Below the pieces are notes generated by a model that saw nothing but the letters and a program-made list of their open reading frames with translations, was not told the DNA's origin and did no database searches. The translations under genes and the position numbers were made by a program. Positions 37,089 to 46,667 of a DNA stretch of 64,000 nt are shown here, piece by piece; the stretch's first letter is position 1, and each line of letters starts with the position of its first letter. Source of the DNA: Desulfobacterales bacterium (lineage in GTDB: Bacteria > Desulfobacterota > Desulfobacteria > Desulfobacterales > JAHEIW01); NCBI GenBank assembly GCA_030066985.1, contig JASJAN010000001.1:69976-133975 (forward strand). The letters run 5' to 3'.

Positions 37089-37601
37089 TTAATGTTCTTC
37101 TTCCAAACTGGATTGGCATGCATCACAAAAGGTAATGTCCGGCATAATTTCGATATCACAATAGGGACAATAACACTTTTTACCATGTGAGTGCTCATGT
37201 TTTTCTTTGCGGATCGGTTGGGGCCGCTTCACACCGGCTTTTTTATCCTCATAGTTCTGGATAGCCAACTGCAGCGCATCGGCTCCCAGGTTGGAGCAAT
37301 GCAGCTTGTTCTTCGGCAAGCCCTCCAGGGCCGCAGCGACATCTTTATTGGTCAGTTTTTTGGCATCCGCCAGGCTCTTGCCCTTGGCAATTTCGGTGAT
37401 CATGCTGGATACGGCAATGGCAGATCCACAGCCAAAAGTCTGAAATTTAATATCTTCGATCTGTTCATCTTCAATCTTAAGATAGATGGTCATCATATCG
37501 CCGCACAGCGGATTGCCGACCTCACCGACACCGTCGGCATCATCGATCACACCCACATTGCGCGGGTTGCGGAAATGATCCATAACCGTTTTATTGTACA
37601 T
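37089..37601 (-). CDS. nifU: IscU/NifU N-terminal-type Fe-S scaffold with a C-terminal zinc-ribbon-like extension
   Basis: Scaffold cysteines are in NPLCGDMM, FGCGSAIA and LHCSNLG. The C-terminus reads CYCPYCDIEIMPDITFCDAC. Confidence 0.85.
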   Translation of the reverse strand: MYNKTVMDHFRNPRNVGVIDDADGVGEVGNPLCGDMMTIYLKIEDEQIEDIKFQTFGCGSAIAVSSMITEIAKGKSLADAKKLTNKDVAAALEGLPKNKLHCSNLGADALQLAIQNYEDKKAGVKRPQPIRKEKHEHSHGKKCYCPYCDIEIMPDITFCDACQSSLEEEH

Positions 37602-37692
37602 TCTCCATTCCTCCTTTATTTATCAGTATCTAAACTTCCAGCTTATCGGTAAAGCTATTGTGTAATCGTGTTATGGTTTTCAAAAGTAGGCG

Positions 37693-37764
37693 TAATGGAG
37701 TGTTGGAGTACTGGAGTATTGGATGTTTTTCCATCACTCCATCACTCCTATACTCCAATACTAC
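37693..37764. repeat. Oligomer-arm inverted repeat (element F; unit TGGAGT / ACTCCA x3, tight TTTTT loop)
   Basis: taatggagtgttggagtactggagtattggatg ttttt ccatcactccatcactcctatactccaatactac. Confidence 0.75.
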
Positions 37765-37836
37765 AAAGTTACCTAACTCATTCGCATCGTAGTCTAAATT
37801 AAACGATAGCCGACGACGATAAATGTCAAACAAGAC

Positions 37837-38865
37837 TTAATCTATTTGAAGTACTTTGGCGCCTCTTATCTTGCGTTGCCTCAATTCAACCAGAGCGCGA
37901 TTGGCATCTTGCAGTTTAAAACTCTGCACCTCAGGTTGGATCGGAATTTCAGCGGCCAGCATCAAGAACTCACTGACATCGCTGCGCGCCACGTTGGCCA
38001 CGCTTTTGATTTCTTTTTCCTGCCAGAGGTGCTTTGGATAGTCCAGGCTCAACAGGGTTTTTTTGTCACTTTCCTCCTTGCGGATGGCATTAATGACCAG
38101 CCGACCTCCCGGTTTCAGGCAATTCAGAGCCTTTACAATCGGCTTCCACGCCGGCGTGGTATCAATAACCGCATCGAGCATTTCGGGGGGTTGCGCGTCT
38201 GTATCGCCAGACCAGATGGCACCCAACTGACGTGCAAAATCACGTTCTGTGCCGCTTCTGGCAAATACAAACACCTTTGTATCTGGATACTTGTAGCGCA
38301 CCATTTTTAAGATCAGATGGGCGGATGCGCCGAAACCCGTCAAGCCAAGGTTCTGGCCATTTTTCGCGCCACAAAGCCGCATCGAACGATAGCCGATGGC
38401 GCCGGCACATAAAAGTGGTGCCGCCTGCAGATCGTTAAAAATTTCAGGGATGGCATAAGCAAAACCTTCATCTACGATCGTATATTCAGCATAGCCACCG
38501 TGCACATCCCTGCCGGTAGCCTTAAACGACGCACATAAATTCTCCGCGTCGCCTTTACAAAACGCGCAACGACCGCAGGCCGAATGTATCCAGGCAACAC
38601 CGATGCGGTCCCCGGTGCTGAATCGGGTGACCCCATCTCCGCAGGCTGCCACCCGGCCGACAATTTGATGACCGGGAATTACCGGTAATTTCGGCGGAGG
38701 GGTGCGCCCCTCAATTTCATCCAACTCCGTGTGGCACACGCCACAGGTGGACACTTTTATTAAGATCTGGTTGTCCGCAGGAACCGGCTCCGGCAAATCG
38801 ACCAACACAAGGGGTTTGCTGTGATCAGAGATCGTGCCCAGCTGTTCTAGCACCATTGCTTTCAC
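37837..38865 (-). CDS. Zinc-dependent alcohol dehydrogenase (MDR family)
   Basis: GVCHTELDEIEG catalytic zinc motif, structural zinc CGRCAFCKGDAENLC and Rossmann GLTGFGASAH. Confidence 0.85.
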   Translation of the reverse strand: MKAMVLEQLGTISDHSKPLVLVDLPEPVPADNQILIKVSTCGVCHTELDEIEGRTPPPKLPVIPGHQIVGRVAACGDGVTRFSTGDRIGVAWIHSACGRCAFCKGDAENLCASFKATGRDVHGGYAEYTIVDEGFAYAIPEIFNDLQAAPLLCAGAIGYRSMRLCGAKNGQNLGLTGFGASAHLILKMVRYKYPDTKVFVFARSGTERDFARQLGAIWSGDTDAQPPEMLDAVIDTTPAWKPIVKALNCLKPGGRLVINAIRKEESDKKTLLSLDYPKHLWQEKEIKSVANVARSDVSEFLMLAAEIPIQPEVQSFKLQDANRALVELRQRKIRGAKVLQID

Positions 38866-39105
38866 GAATCCATACCCCCTTGGAATGGCAACAATACTGT
38901 AACCTTATCCCTGATAGGTTGTGGTACCCTATGAAACAAAAAGATTTTGTATAACCTTTGGGCACTTTCTGCAATACCTATTCTCATGTGGATTGCTGCT
39001 GTTTTGAATCGTATTCAATCAGACCGGATTTGCAAACCGCACGGCATCAAACGTATCGCTTGGCAACTTTTCTTTGATTCGCAAATACAAGGTCAGATGC
39101 GTACA

Positions 39106-39615
39106 TTATCGTTTCATGGCCAAATTATCGTTGGAAATGGTTTCCAGCTGGAGCTGTCTTGAACGCCAGACATTGTTCTCATCACCGAAGGTCTCGATAT
39201 TGATTTCGGTCAAATGGGTTACCATTTCAGCGTCTTCAGTCGCATGATCTGTATCACCGATTTTTGAATACAAATTAGCCCGGCTATAGTAGGCAGCGCC
39301 GTATTCCGGGTCAATCTCAATGGCTTTGCTCAAGTCTTCAAGGGCCTCAGAATAATCACCGGCCTTTTCGTGCGCTAAGCCGCGCAAATGAAATGCCCGC
39401 GCGTTTTGTGGGTCCAATTCCAGAACACGGTTAAAATCGGCCAGCGCATCCGGGATGTTGCCCAATCGAAGGTAGGCCGCACCGCGGCTTTTAAAGGCCA
39501 TCTTGAATTCCGGATCGGAGGCAATGGCCTCACTAAATAAATCGATACTTTTATTGTAATTTTGGCCGACAAACTGCGTCATGGCCGCTTGAAATTTTTT
39601 TTTGGCTTTTGACAT
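39106..39615 (-). CDS. TPR repeat protein
   Basis: Four to five TPR-like units (…A..YL.LG....AL.DF..VLELDP.NA…). Confidence 0.8.
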   Translation of the reverse strand: MSKAKKKFQAAMTQFVGQNYNKSIDLFSEAIASDPEFKMAFKSRGAAYLRLGNIPDALADFNRVLELDPQNARAFHLRGLAHEKAGDYSEALEDLSKAIEIDPEYGAAYYSRANLYSKIGDTDHATEDAEMVTHLTEINIETFGDENNVWRSRQLQLETISNDNLAMKR

Positions 39616-39998
39616 GGTATCACCTCCATGCAGTCATACTGTTGAAGCTAATGATGTCAACCCCTAATGTCAAGAGTTTTAACTACATGATAATATTGGA
39701 TTTTTTATGGTAAACACAGAACAGACCCAGAGCAACTAAAGTGACCCCATCAACAATACCAAACAACGCGGCTTTGAGACCGCGAATGGTCACATTGGCA
39801 AGTGGCCGTGGAAGACTTGGCGCAACCGGTTGCCCGCAGCCTCTATTTGATATTTTGCCTTCTATTTTAAAACATGATATGCCAGCCCTGCATCGCATGT
39901 CTGCGTCGACATAAAAGGTCGCAGTATCGTCAAAATATGGTAAACTAATAGAGGTTTTTGCCAACATCTGAAACCCGTTGTATGAATCACTATTCTGT

Positions 39999-42900
39999 AT
40001 GCCCAAACGTCGCAAAATATGGGTCACCCTCATCAGCCTGTCTGCCATTTTGCTGTGCGCGCTGATAGTTCTGCTGGTGGTTACCCCGCAACTGATTAAC
40101 CTGGAAACCGTCAAACAGGAGGTCAAACGCCTGTATGCCAGGGATTTAGGGGGCACAATTGAATACCAGCGTCTTAAAATGGCGTTTTTCCCGCGTCCGC
40201 ATGTCGTGATTTCAGACGTTCGTTTTACTGTGCCTGAAAACGTCAAAGGAACGATAGATTCGCTGAAGATCTATCCGAAAATCCTGCCGCTGATCACCGG
40301 TGATATAGAAATCAGAGTGGTCCATTCGCGATCGCCGAATATTACGGTTCAATTCCCGGAAACCACAGAAACACAAAAAACAGATGGTAAACCGTTTTCG
40401 TTAGAAGCCCCCGTCGATTGGCTCAAGGCCATTATTGAATCGATGCCGGAGCTCAAGATTCCGAGCATCGCCATCACTGTTCGTAATGGCCGCGTCAATT
40501 TTTATAAGGGGCAACAGCGGTTTTTAGCACTTCAGGGTGTCACCAGCCAGATCAAACATAAGGGGGCATCCATTGAATTTTCGGCGCAATGCCAATCAAA
40601 CTACTGGGAGAACATATCGATTGAAGGCCGGTACGCCGAATCCGGTTTTAAATTGAACAGCCAAATTAAATTGAATCAGCTCCGGCCGCATGCCGTGGTT
40701 GAATACCTATTTCCCGATCATAGCCTCAAAATGACCAATGCGCGCGCAAACCTAACCATCGACCTAATGACAGATGGTCCCAATAATGTGCGGGCTGATA
40801 TTGAGGGGTCCATCCCGTATATGTACTGGCAACGTGCGAACAAAGAGCTAAAAATAAACGACACCCGTGTGCAGGCCCGTTTTGAATTCAAAGAAGACCA
40901 CCTTTCGCTGGATCTTTCGCGGCTTGATTTGACAGAGCCCCGCTTGAGTCTATCGGGTCGTCTCAATATAGATGCCCGACAGCCCGTCGTTCAACTGGAA
41001 CTGGAAGGCCGGCAGATCAATGTGGGCAAAGCCCAAAAATTAGCGCTGGCACTGACCGAAAATGCCGAAAACGTATCCGATATTTTTAAAATATTGCGTG
41101 ACGGTGATTTTGAGAGAGTCACCCTGCAAAGCCAGGCACCTGATTGGACCCAACTGGCTGACACAAAAAATTTGGTGATCCAGGGCAAACTCGTCGGCGG
41201 GAAAATATCGATTCCGGTCGGCTCGCTGGAACTGGAGAATGTGCAGGGTGATGCCACGATTGCCAACGGCATCTTAAAGGGTGAAAATGCCGAGGCGCAA
41301 ATGGGAAAGTCATTTGCGAAAAATGGCAAACTCTCCATCCCCCTGACAGATGCAACCGCCCCTTTTCATATTGAAGCACTTGTCCAGGCAGATCTGTCGC
41401 AGCTGCCTTCTGTTTTGGCCCGTCTGATCGATGACAAGCAATTTCAAAAAGAGCTAAAGCTTTTCAAAAAAGTTGAAGGCAGCGCTCTGGGCATGCTGGT
41501 GATTGGTGAAGATTTGCGTGATACCAAAGTGAAGGTCATGGCCTCTGACTTCACGGTCAATACAACCTACCAGCGAATACCTTATCGGATGACGGTAAAA
41601 GGCGGCAGCTTCGTTTTGGACGGGGATCAGATAGCGTTGACCAATTGCGATGTTCGTTTTGGAAAATCCAGCTTGACCGGGCTGTCAACCCGCTTTGGGT
41701 GGCAAAAAGCGTCACTGCTGGAAGCATCATCAACATCGGCCCACATCGATTTAAGCCAACTGCACACCTGGCTGGGCCAAATGCAAACATTTGAAAAGGA
41801 CCTCAAAAAGATTGAGACCATCGCCGGCGCCATCCTTTTGCAAAACCCTACCCTAAATGGCCCCCTATTTAAGCCGGCCCAGTGGCAGGTGAAATCCAAA
41901 GGGGTGATTCAAAATCTGATGTTGAGCTCAGCTCAGATACCCGGTCCAGTGACCATCACACGGGGACAATTTAGCTGTCATAATAAGCAGTTGAAGGTAA
42001 ATAAATGGACCGCTCAGGTTGGGCAGTCGATATTTTCAGGTCTGAATGCCACCCTCAAATGGGGTAAGAAATCGTCTTTGACGGCCAACGCCGGTGCAAG
42101 CGTGATAAATCTGGATGAAGTCTATGCCTGGCTCAAAAGCCATCGGGATCTGAAAAAACGTGTCAGAGATGTTCCGGTTTTAAGCGGTAACCTGGCCTTT
42201 AGGAGCCTGACATTTGATGGCCCCACCAGCACCCAATCGAAAAGAAAATTTACCTTCAGCGGCGTCATTGATAAATGGCATATCCGCTCAGCAAAATTTC
42301 CGACCGATATAGAGTTGAGCGGTGGCGAGTTGTTTTGGCGGCGCACGCGATTCGATATCCAGGAAACCAATGCCAGGTTCGGCACATCCACCATACGCCA
42401 TCTATCATTCGGAAAGCAATGGGGTAAAATCCCCTTAATCGAGCTCAATGCCGATTCAGCCAATATCCAGATCGCAGAGCTTTACCCGTGGCTGGTGAGC
42501 TTTGACACCCTGAATAAAATGTTCAAAGGGTATAAAGCCACCGGGGGCAAAATGATACTTACGGAATTGGATTTCAAAGGTCCGGTGGGTGCATCCAAAG
42601 CCTGGCAATTCCATTTATCCGGCGACATAAAAGATTTAGAATGGGTATCGGATTTTTTCAAAGCCCCGATCCAGGTCAAAACAGTAGATTTTATTGCCAA
42701 GGACACCCCTAGCGCTGCAGGCCTCAACGGTCGTATCGATCTGAGCACGGTGCAAATTGAATGGGAAGACAGTCAGATTAACCTTGAGGGCGGTGCCACT
42801 TTTTCTGAAGACCTGTTGTCGCTTGAGTTGCAGCTGACAGCCGATCAGTTGAAATGGAGCCAGATTGAACAAATTACCAGCGTGGAGAAGACCACAGCGC

Positions 42901-43793
42901 CCGATGAAAAGCTAGGGCTGCGCGGCGGTTTGAGCGTAGAGTTAGACAGTTTTACCTATAATGGTTTTAGCTGGCGCCCGGTTCACGCTGACATTACCTT
43001 CGGTAAAACCGATACCCGAATTGTCATTCGGGAAGCCAACCTCTGCGGCATCCAGTTTCCCGGCATTCTTAAGATCTCCGGTGAGTCTTTTGAGCTGTAT
43101 TTTAATCCGGTTGCAAAAGACCAGGAACTGGACACGAGTCTTACCTGCCTGTTTGACAGGCCGCATTTAATGGCGGGCAGTTACAATTTGGGGGGTGAGC
43201 TGCTGGGCAAGGCCCGGCCCAGCGAATTTGCAAAATCATTGACCGGAAATCTGGATTTTAATTCTGTAGAGGGTCGCATTTATCGTTTCGGCTTGCTGGC
43301 CAAAATTTTTGCATTGCTCAATGTCACCGAAATTTACCGGGGGGAAGTTCCGGATCTGAAGGGCAAAGGCTTTGCCTATAACTCGATGACGGCTAATGGT
43401 GTCTTTAAAGACGGCAAACTGATCATCACAGACACCTCCATTGACAGCCCCTCCATGGGTATCGCCATTGAGGGGGATATCGATTTGATCAAAAACAAAG
43501 TCGATCTGGTCGTATTGGTGGCCCCGTTTAAAACCGTTGATCGGATTGTGAAGATCATCCCCCTGGTCGGCAACATATTGGGGGGCAATCTGATTTCGAT
43601 TCCGTTCAGAGCCATCGGCGATCTTGGGGACCCGGATGTCATACCGCTTTCACCGACGGCAGTGGGTTCAGGTTTATTAGGCATTCTGGAAAGAACCCTC
43701 AAGCTTCCGATTACCATTATTCAGCCGGTTCTTCCCGATAAAAAAGAGCAACCCTCACCCAAAGAAAAAAAATCGCCCGGCACATCTCCTTAA
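39999..43793 (+). CDS. AsmA/YhdP-like giant envelope protein
   Basis: An N-terminal anchor KIWVTLISLSAILLCALIVLLVV and a long beta-rich body. The C-terminus resembles AsmA-like C-terminal regions. Start is ATG 39999; the ORF-track TTG 39978 adds 7 residues. Confidence 0.7.
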   Translation: MPKRRKIWVTLISLSAILLCALIVLLVVTPQLINLETVKQEVKRLYARDLGGTIEYQRLKMAFFPRPHVVISDVRFTVPENVKGTIDSLKIYPKILPLITGDIEIRVVHSRSPNITVQFPETTETQKTDGKPFSLEAPVDWLKAIIESMPELKIPSIAITVRNGRVNFYKGQQRFLALQGVTSQIKHKGASIEFSAQCQSNYWENISIEGRYAESGFKLNSQIKLNQLRPHAVVEYLFPDHSLKMTNARANLTIDLMTDGPNNVRADIEGSIPYMYWQRANKELKINDTRVQARFEFKEDHLSLDLSRLDLTEPRLSLSGRLNIDARQPVVQLELEGRQINVGKAQKLALALTENAENVSDIFKILRDGDFERVTLQSQAPDWTQLADTKNLVIQGKLVGGKISIPVGSLELENVQGDATIANGILKGENAEAQMGKSFAKNGKLSIPLTDATAPFHIEALVQADLSQLPSVLARLIDDKQFQKELKLFKKVEGSALGMLVIGEDLRDTKVKVMASDFTVNTTYQRIPYRMTVKGGSFVLDGDQIALTNCDVRFGKSSLTGLSTRFGWQKASLLEASSTSAHIDLSQLHTWLGQMQTFEKDLKKIETIAGAILLQNPTLNGPLFKPAQWQVKSKGVIQNLMLSSAQIPGPVTITRGQFSCHNKQLKVNKWTAQVGQSIFSGLNATLKWGKKSSLTANAGASVINLDEVYAWLKSHRDLKKRVRDVPVLSGNLAFRSLTFDGPTSTQSKRKFTFSGVIDKWHIRSAKFPTDIELSGGELFWRRTRFDIQETNARFGTSTIRHLSFGKQWGKIPLIELNADSANIQIAELYPWLVSFDTLNKMFKGYKATGGKMILTELDFKGPVGASKAWQFHLSGDIKDLEWVSDFFKAPIQVKTVDFIAKDTPSAAGLNGRIDLSTVQIEWEDSQINLEGGATFSEDLLSLELQLTADQLKWSQIEQITSVEKTTAPDEKLGLRGGLSVELDSFTYNGFSWRPVHADITFGKTDTRIVIREANLCGIQFPGILKISGESFELYFNPVAKDQELDTSLTCLFDRPHLMAGSYNLGGELLGKARPSEFAKSLTGNLDFNSVEGRIYRFGLLAKIFALLNVTEIYRGEVPDLKGKGFAYNSMTANGVFKDGKLIITDTSIDSPSMGIAIEGDIDLIKNKVDLVVLVAPFKTVDRIVKIIPLVGNILGGNLISIPFRAIGDLGDPDVIPLSPTAVGSGLLGILERTLKLPITIIQPVLPDKKEQPSPKEKKSPGTSP

Positions 43794-43807
43794 AGCCCTC
43801 CCCATTC

Positions 43808-43835
43808 TTGACTTTTGCATGAAGCGTACTAATGT
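43808..43835 (+). promoter_or_regulatory. Sigma70-type promoter (TTGACT-16-TAATGT)
   Basis: TTGACT at 43808-43813 and TAATGT at 43830-43835, ~50 nt upstream of ATG 43887. Confidence 0.4.
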
Positions 43836-43886
43836 TGAAATTGAAAATTTGACACCCAAAACACCTCAAATTAAAGGAGATGGAAA

Positions 43887-44108
43887 ATGGCCTATACCTG
43901 TAAAAACTGTGGTGCGGTTGCAAATGCACCCGGGCATCTGTGTAATCCGTGTGGTGACAAGGCCAAATGCAGCTTCTGCGGCGCCCCCGAAACGGATCAC
44001 ACCCATCAGTGCAAAGATAAAATCGCTGAAATGAAATTTGTGTGTGGTGGTTGTGGACGCGTGGCAATGGAGCAAGAACATCTGTGCAAACCGTCACCGA
44101 TTGCGTAG
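43887..44108 (+). CDS. Small Cys-rich protein (12 Cys in 73 aa) with an internally duplicated CxxCG-x9-HLCxP unit
   Basis: AAAGGAGA SD. YTCKNCGAVANAPGHLCNP and FVCGGCGRVAMEQEHLCKP align residue for residue. The gene has its own promoter-like and terminator signals. Confidence 0.7.
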   Translation: MAYTCKNCGAVANAPGHLCNPCGDKAKCSFCGAPETDHTHQCKDKIAEMKFVCGGCGRVAMEQEHLCKPSPIA

Positions 44109-44123
44109 ATGCACTCAAACTTC

Positions 44124-44154
44124 AAGGACGGCTGCGGCGGCCGTCCTTTTTTTT
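44124..44154 (+). terminator. Rho-independent terminator
   Basis: aaggacggc tgcggcg gccgtcctt followed by an 8-T run, 16 nt after the stop of the Cys-rich gene. Confidence 0.8.
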
Positions 44155-44214
44155 ATTGAAAAATTGACAATTCTGCCCCATAAATAACCCATCTGAGGAT
44201 ATGGCAACAGACCC

Positions 44215-45375
44215 ATGAATGCTACCCCCCCCACATTTGAGCAGGGCCCCATCCGACCGCCCAATGAAGCCCGCAGTCTGCTGCTGCGATTGACGCGCAA
44301 CTGCCCTTGGAACCAGTGCCTGTTTTGTCCGGTGTACAAACGCGACAAATTCTCGCTTCGAACCGTCGATGAAATAAAAGAGGATATACTCGCCGCAAGG
44401 CAGATTGCAGATGAAATCAAAGCGCTTTCAGAACAGCTGGGTCACAACGGCACTGTCACCGATGCGGTGGTCAGCGCGTTGTTCAATCAACCCGGCACCA
44501 GCAATCAATATCAAAGCATTGCTGCCTGGCTGTATTACCAGACAGATGCCTGTTTTTTGCAGGATGCAGATAACCTGATCATGAGCACCAAAGACCTGGT
44601 GACGGTGTTGCAGTTTTTAAAAGCGCAATTTCCCGAGATTAAGCGGGTGACCACTTATTCCCGGTCTAGAACCGTCATTCGCAAATCGGTTGACGCGTTA
44701 AAACAAATCCGCGCCGCCGGCCTCGATCGCGTTCATATCGGGCTGGAAAGTGGCTATGACCCCTTGCTGAAGCTGATGAAAAAGGGTGTTACCGGAGCGC
44801 AGCACATAGAAGCCGGTAAACGCTTGCTGGCTGCCGGCATGCAGGTATCTGAATACGTGATGCCCGGACTGGGCGGCCAAGAAATGTGGCGCGATCATGC
44901 CGTCGAAACCGCCAAGGTGCTCAATCAAATTAATCCCCATTTTATTCGTCTTCGCAGTCTCCGGGTCCCCCTGCATGTACCGCTGCACAGCCGGCTGGAA
45001 GATGGCAGCTTCACAATGCAAACCGACGATATGTTGGCCGAAGAAATCGGGCTTTTCATTCAAACCCTGGATGGCATCAACAGCACGGTCACCAGCGATC
45101 ATATTATGAATCTGCTCGAAGAAGTCAGCGGCAAATTGCCAGATGAAAAGGAAAAAATGCTGGCTGTTGTTCAGGCCTATCAGGATCTTTCGGATAGCGA
45201 CCGTCTGATTTATCGCGCCGGCCGCCGCGGCGGCGCCTATCGCTCAATTGATGATTTGAAGCGCGATCCGGCGACCTACCAAAAAATCAAAAACCTGATT
45301 GAAACCGTGACACAGGAAGAGGGCCCACAGGGAATCGAGAAAATGATTTCTGAAATGGTCGACCGGTACATCTGA
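44215..45375 (+). CDS. Radical SAM domain protein (function unknown)
   Basis: GPIRPPNEARSLLLRLTRNCPWNQCLFCPVY, with cluster cysteines spaced CX4CX2C. TIM-barrel-like body and no C-terminal SPASM-type Cys cluster. Confidence 0.7.
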   Translation: MNATPPTFEQGPIRPPNEARSLLLRLTRNCPWNQCLFCPVYKRDKFSLRTVDEIKEDILAARQIADEIKALSEQLGHNGTVTDAVVSALFNQPGTSNQYQSIAAWLYYQTDACFLQDADNLIMSTKDLVTVLQFLKAQFPEIKRVTTYSRSRTVIRKSVDALKQIRAAGLDRVHIGLESGYDPLLKLMKKGVTGAQHIEAGKRLLAAGMQVSEYVMPGLGGQEMWRDHAVETAKVLNQINPHFIRLRSLRVPLHVPLHSRLEDGSFTMQTDDMLAEEIGLFIQTLDGINSTVTSDHIMNLLEEVSGKLPDEKEKMLAVVQAYQDLSDSDRLIYRAGRRGGAYRSIDDLKRDPATYQKIKNLIETVTQEEGPQGIEKMISEMVDRYI

Positions 45376-45413
45376 TAATCTCCTAAATGATCAGAAATGC
45401 AGCCTTTATATGA

Positions 45414-45517
45414 GGTGTGTGTTGTATTTGGTGTTTAGTGTTAGCAAGCTAAAATCCAATACAAAGCGATATAGTTCATACCAAACACCAAAAACTAAAC
45501 ACAAAACACTATACACC
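45414..45517. repeat. Oligomer-arm inverted repeat (element G; unit GGTGTTT / AAACACC)
   Basis: ggtgtgtgttgtatttggtgtttagtgtt ... ataccaaacaccaaaaactaaacacaaaacactatacacc. Confidence 0.7.
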
Positions 45518-45568
45518 AGGTTTAAACATCCAACTGACATTAAGAACGAATTCCCGGAGAAATGAAAA

Positions 45569-46558
45569 GTGCAAGCAATTCGCATCCTGGGAACCGGCTC
45601 TTACGTCCCGCCGAAGCGGTTGACCAATAGTGATCTGGAAAAGATGGGGCTGGACACCACCGATGAATGGATCCGCAAGCGCACCGGCGTGCGGGAACGA
45701 AGAATCGCGGATCCCGATGTTACAGCGGCTGACCTGGGGTGCGCGGCCTCTCAAAGAGCGCTGGCGGCCGCCGGTCTGACCGTCGGAGATATCGACTTAA
45801 TCATCATGGCCACCATTACGCCGGACACCTGCTGTCCATCAGCCGCAAACTGGCTGCAGGCCAAACTGGACGCACCGCAAGCAATTACCTTTGATGTCAC
45901 TGCAGCCTGTTCCGGCTTCATTTTCGGTTTAAACGTGGCCGAACAGTACCTAATGAACAAAACCTGCCAAAGGGTTTTGGTGGTGGCCGCTGAAATAATG
46001 ACCCGTACCCTTGATTGGCAGGATCGAAATACCTGCATTCTGTGGGGCGACGGCTCCGGAGCTGCGGTGCTGGCATTGGGAACGGATGGTCACGAAATTC
46101 TATCCACCCACATCCACACAGACGGTGCCAAAGGACAGGATCTGCTGCTGCCTGGCGGCGGTTCAAAAACCACACCTATCTCCCATGAAAGCGTCGACCA
46201 GGGCCGACATACCCTGAATATGATTGAAGCCAGTTTGAGCTTCCGGGTGGCGGTGCGCCATTTTATCGAAGCCATCAATGAAGCTGTAACGTTCAACGAT
46301 TTAACGGTCGATCAGATCAGCTGGATTATACCGCATCAGGCCAACATCCGTATGTTTCAAAACATTGCCAGATCGCTCAAAATCCCCTTTGACCGCTTTT
46401 ACCTGACGCTGCAAAAATATGGCAATATCTCTTCGGCGTCCTGTGCCATTGCTTTGGATGAAGCTGCGAGTGACGGCAGTATCAAAGCTGGAGACTTCGT
46501 CTGCTTGCCGGTTTTCGGTGGCGGATTGACCTGGGGCAGTGCCCTAATTCGATGGTAG
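45569..46558 (+). CDS. fabH: Beta-ketoacyl-ACP synthase III
   Basis: GTG start after GGAGA. Catalytic contexts AACSGF (Cys), PHQANIRM (His) and GNISSAS (Asn). Confidence 0.9.
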   Translation: MQAIRILGTGSYVPPKRLTNSDLEKMGLDTTDEWIRKRTGVRERRIADPDVTAADLGCAASQRALAAAGLTVGDIDLIIMATITPDTCCPSAANWLQAKLDAPQAITFDVTAACSGFIFGLNVAEQYLMNKTCQRVLVVAAEIMTRTLDWQDRNTCILWGDGSGAAVLALGTDGHEILSTHIHTDGAKGQDLLLPGGGSKTTPISHESVDQGRHTLNMIEASLSFRVAVRHFIEAINEAVTFNDLTVDQISWIIPHQANIRMFQNIARSLKIPFDRFYLTLQKYGNISSASCAIALDEAASDGSIKAGDFVCLPVFGGGLTWGSALIRW

Positions 46559-46667
46559 CCCAGCCGCATCGATAACACTTTGAACGTTGAACAGCGGCTA
46601 TTTCGATAATGCTCTACGTCCGAAAATCGTCTTCAATGCGGCCGAGATCTTTGGCGGAAAATCGATG

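Noticed and set aside
39683-40246. 187-aa minus-strand ORF overlapping the 5' end of the AsmA/YhdP-like gene
   Set aside because: It has odd Cys/Arg/Thr-rich composition and no SD. It largely overlaps the well-supported N-terminal anchor of the + strand gene, so it is probably a shadow ORF.
43887-45375. Cys-rich small peptide plus adjacent radical SAM enzyme read as a RiPP (sactipeptide/ranthipeptide-like) cluster
   Set aside because: A strong rho-independent terminator (44124-44154) separates the two genes, and the small gene has its own promoter-like signal. The radical SAM protein lacks a SPASM/twitch domain and any recognisable RiPP-recognition element. There is no protease or exporter nearby. 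The hypothesis is not excluded, but the sequence does not support it.
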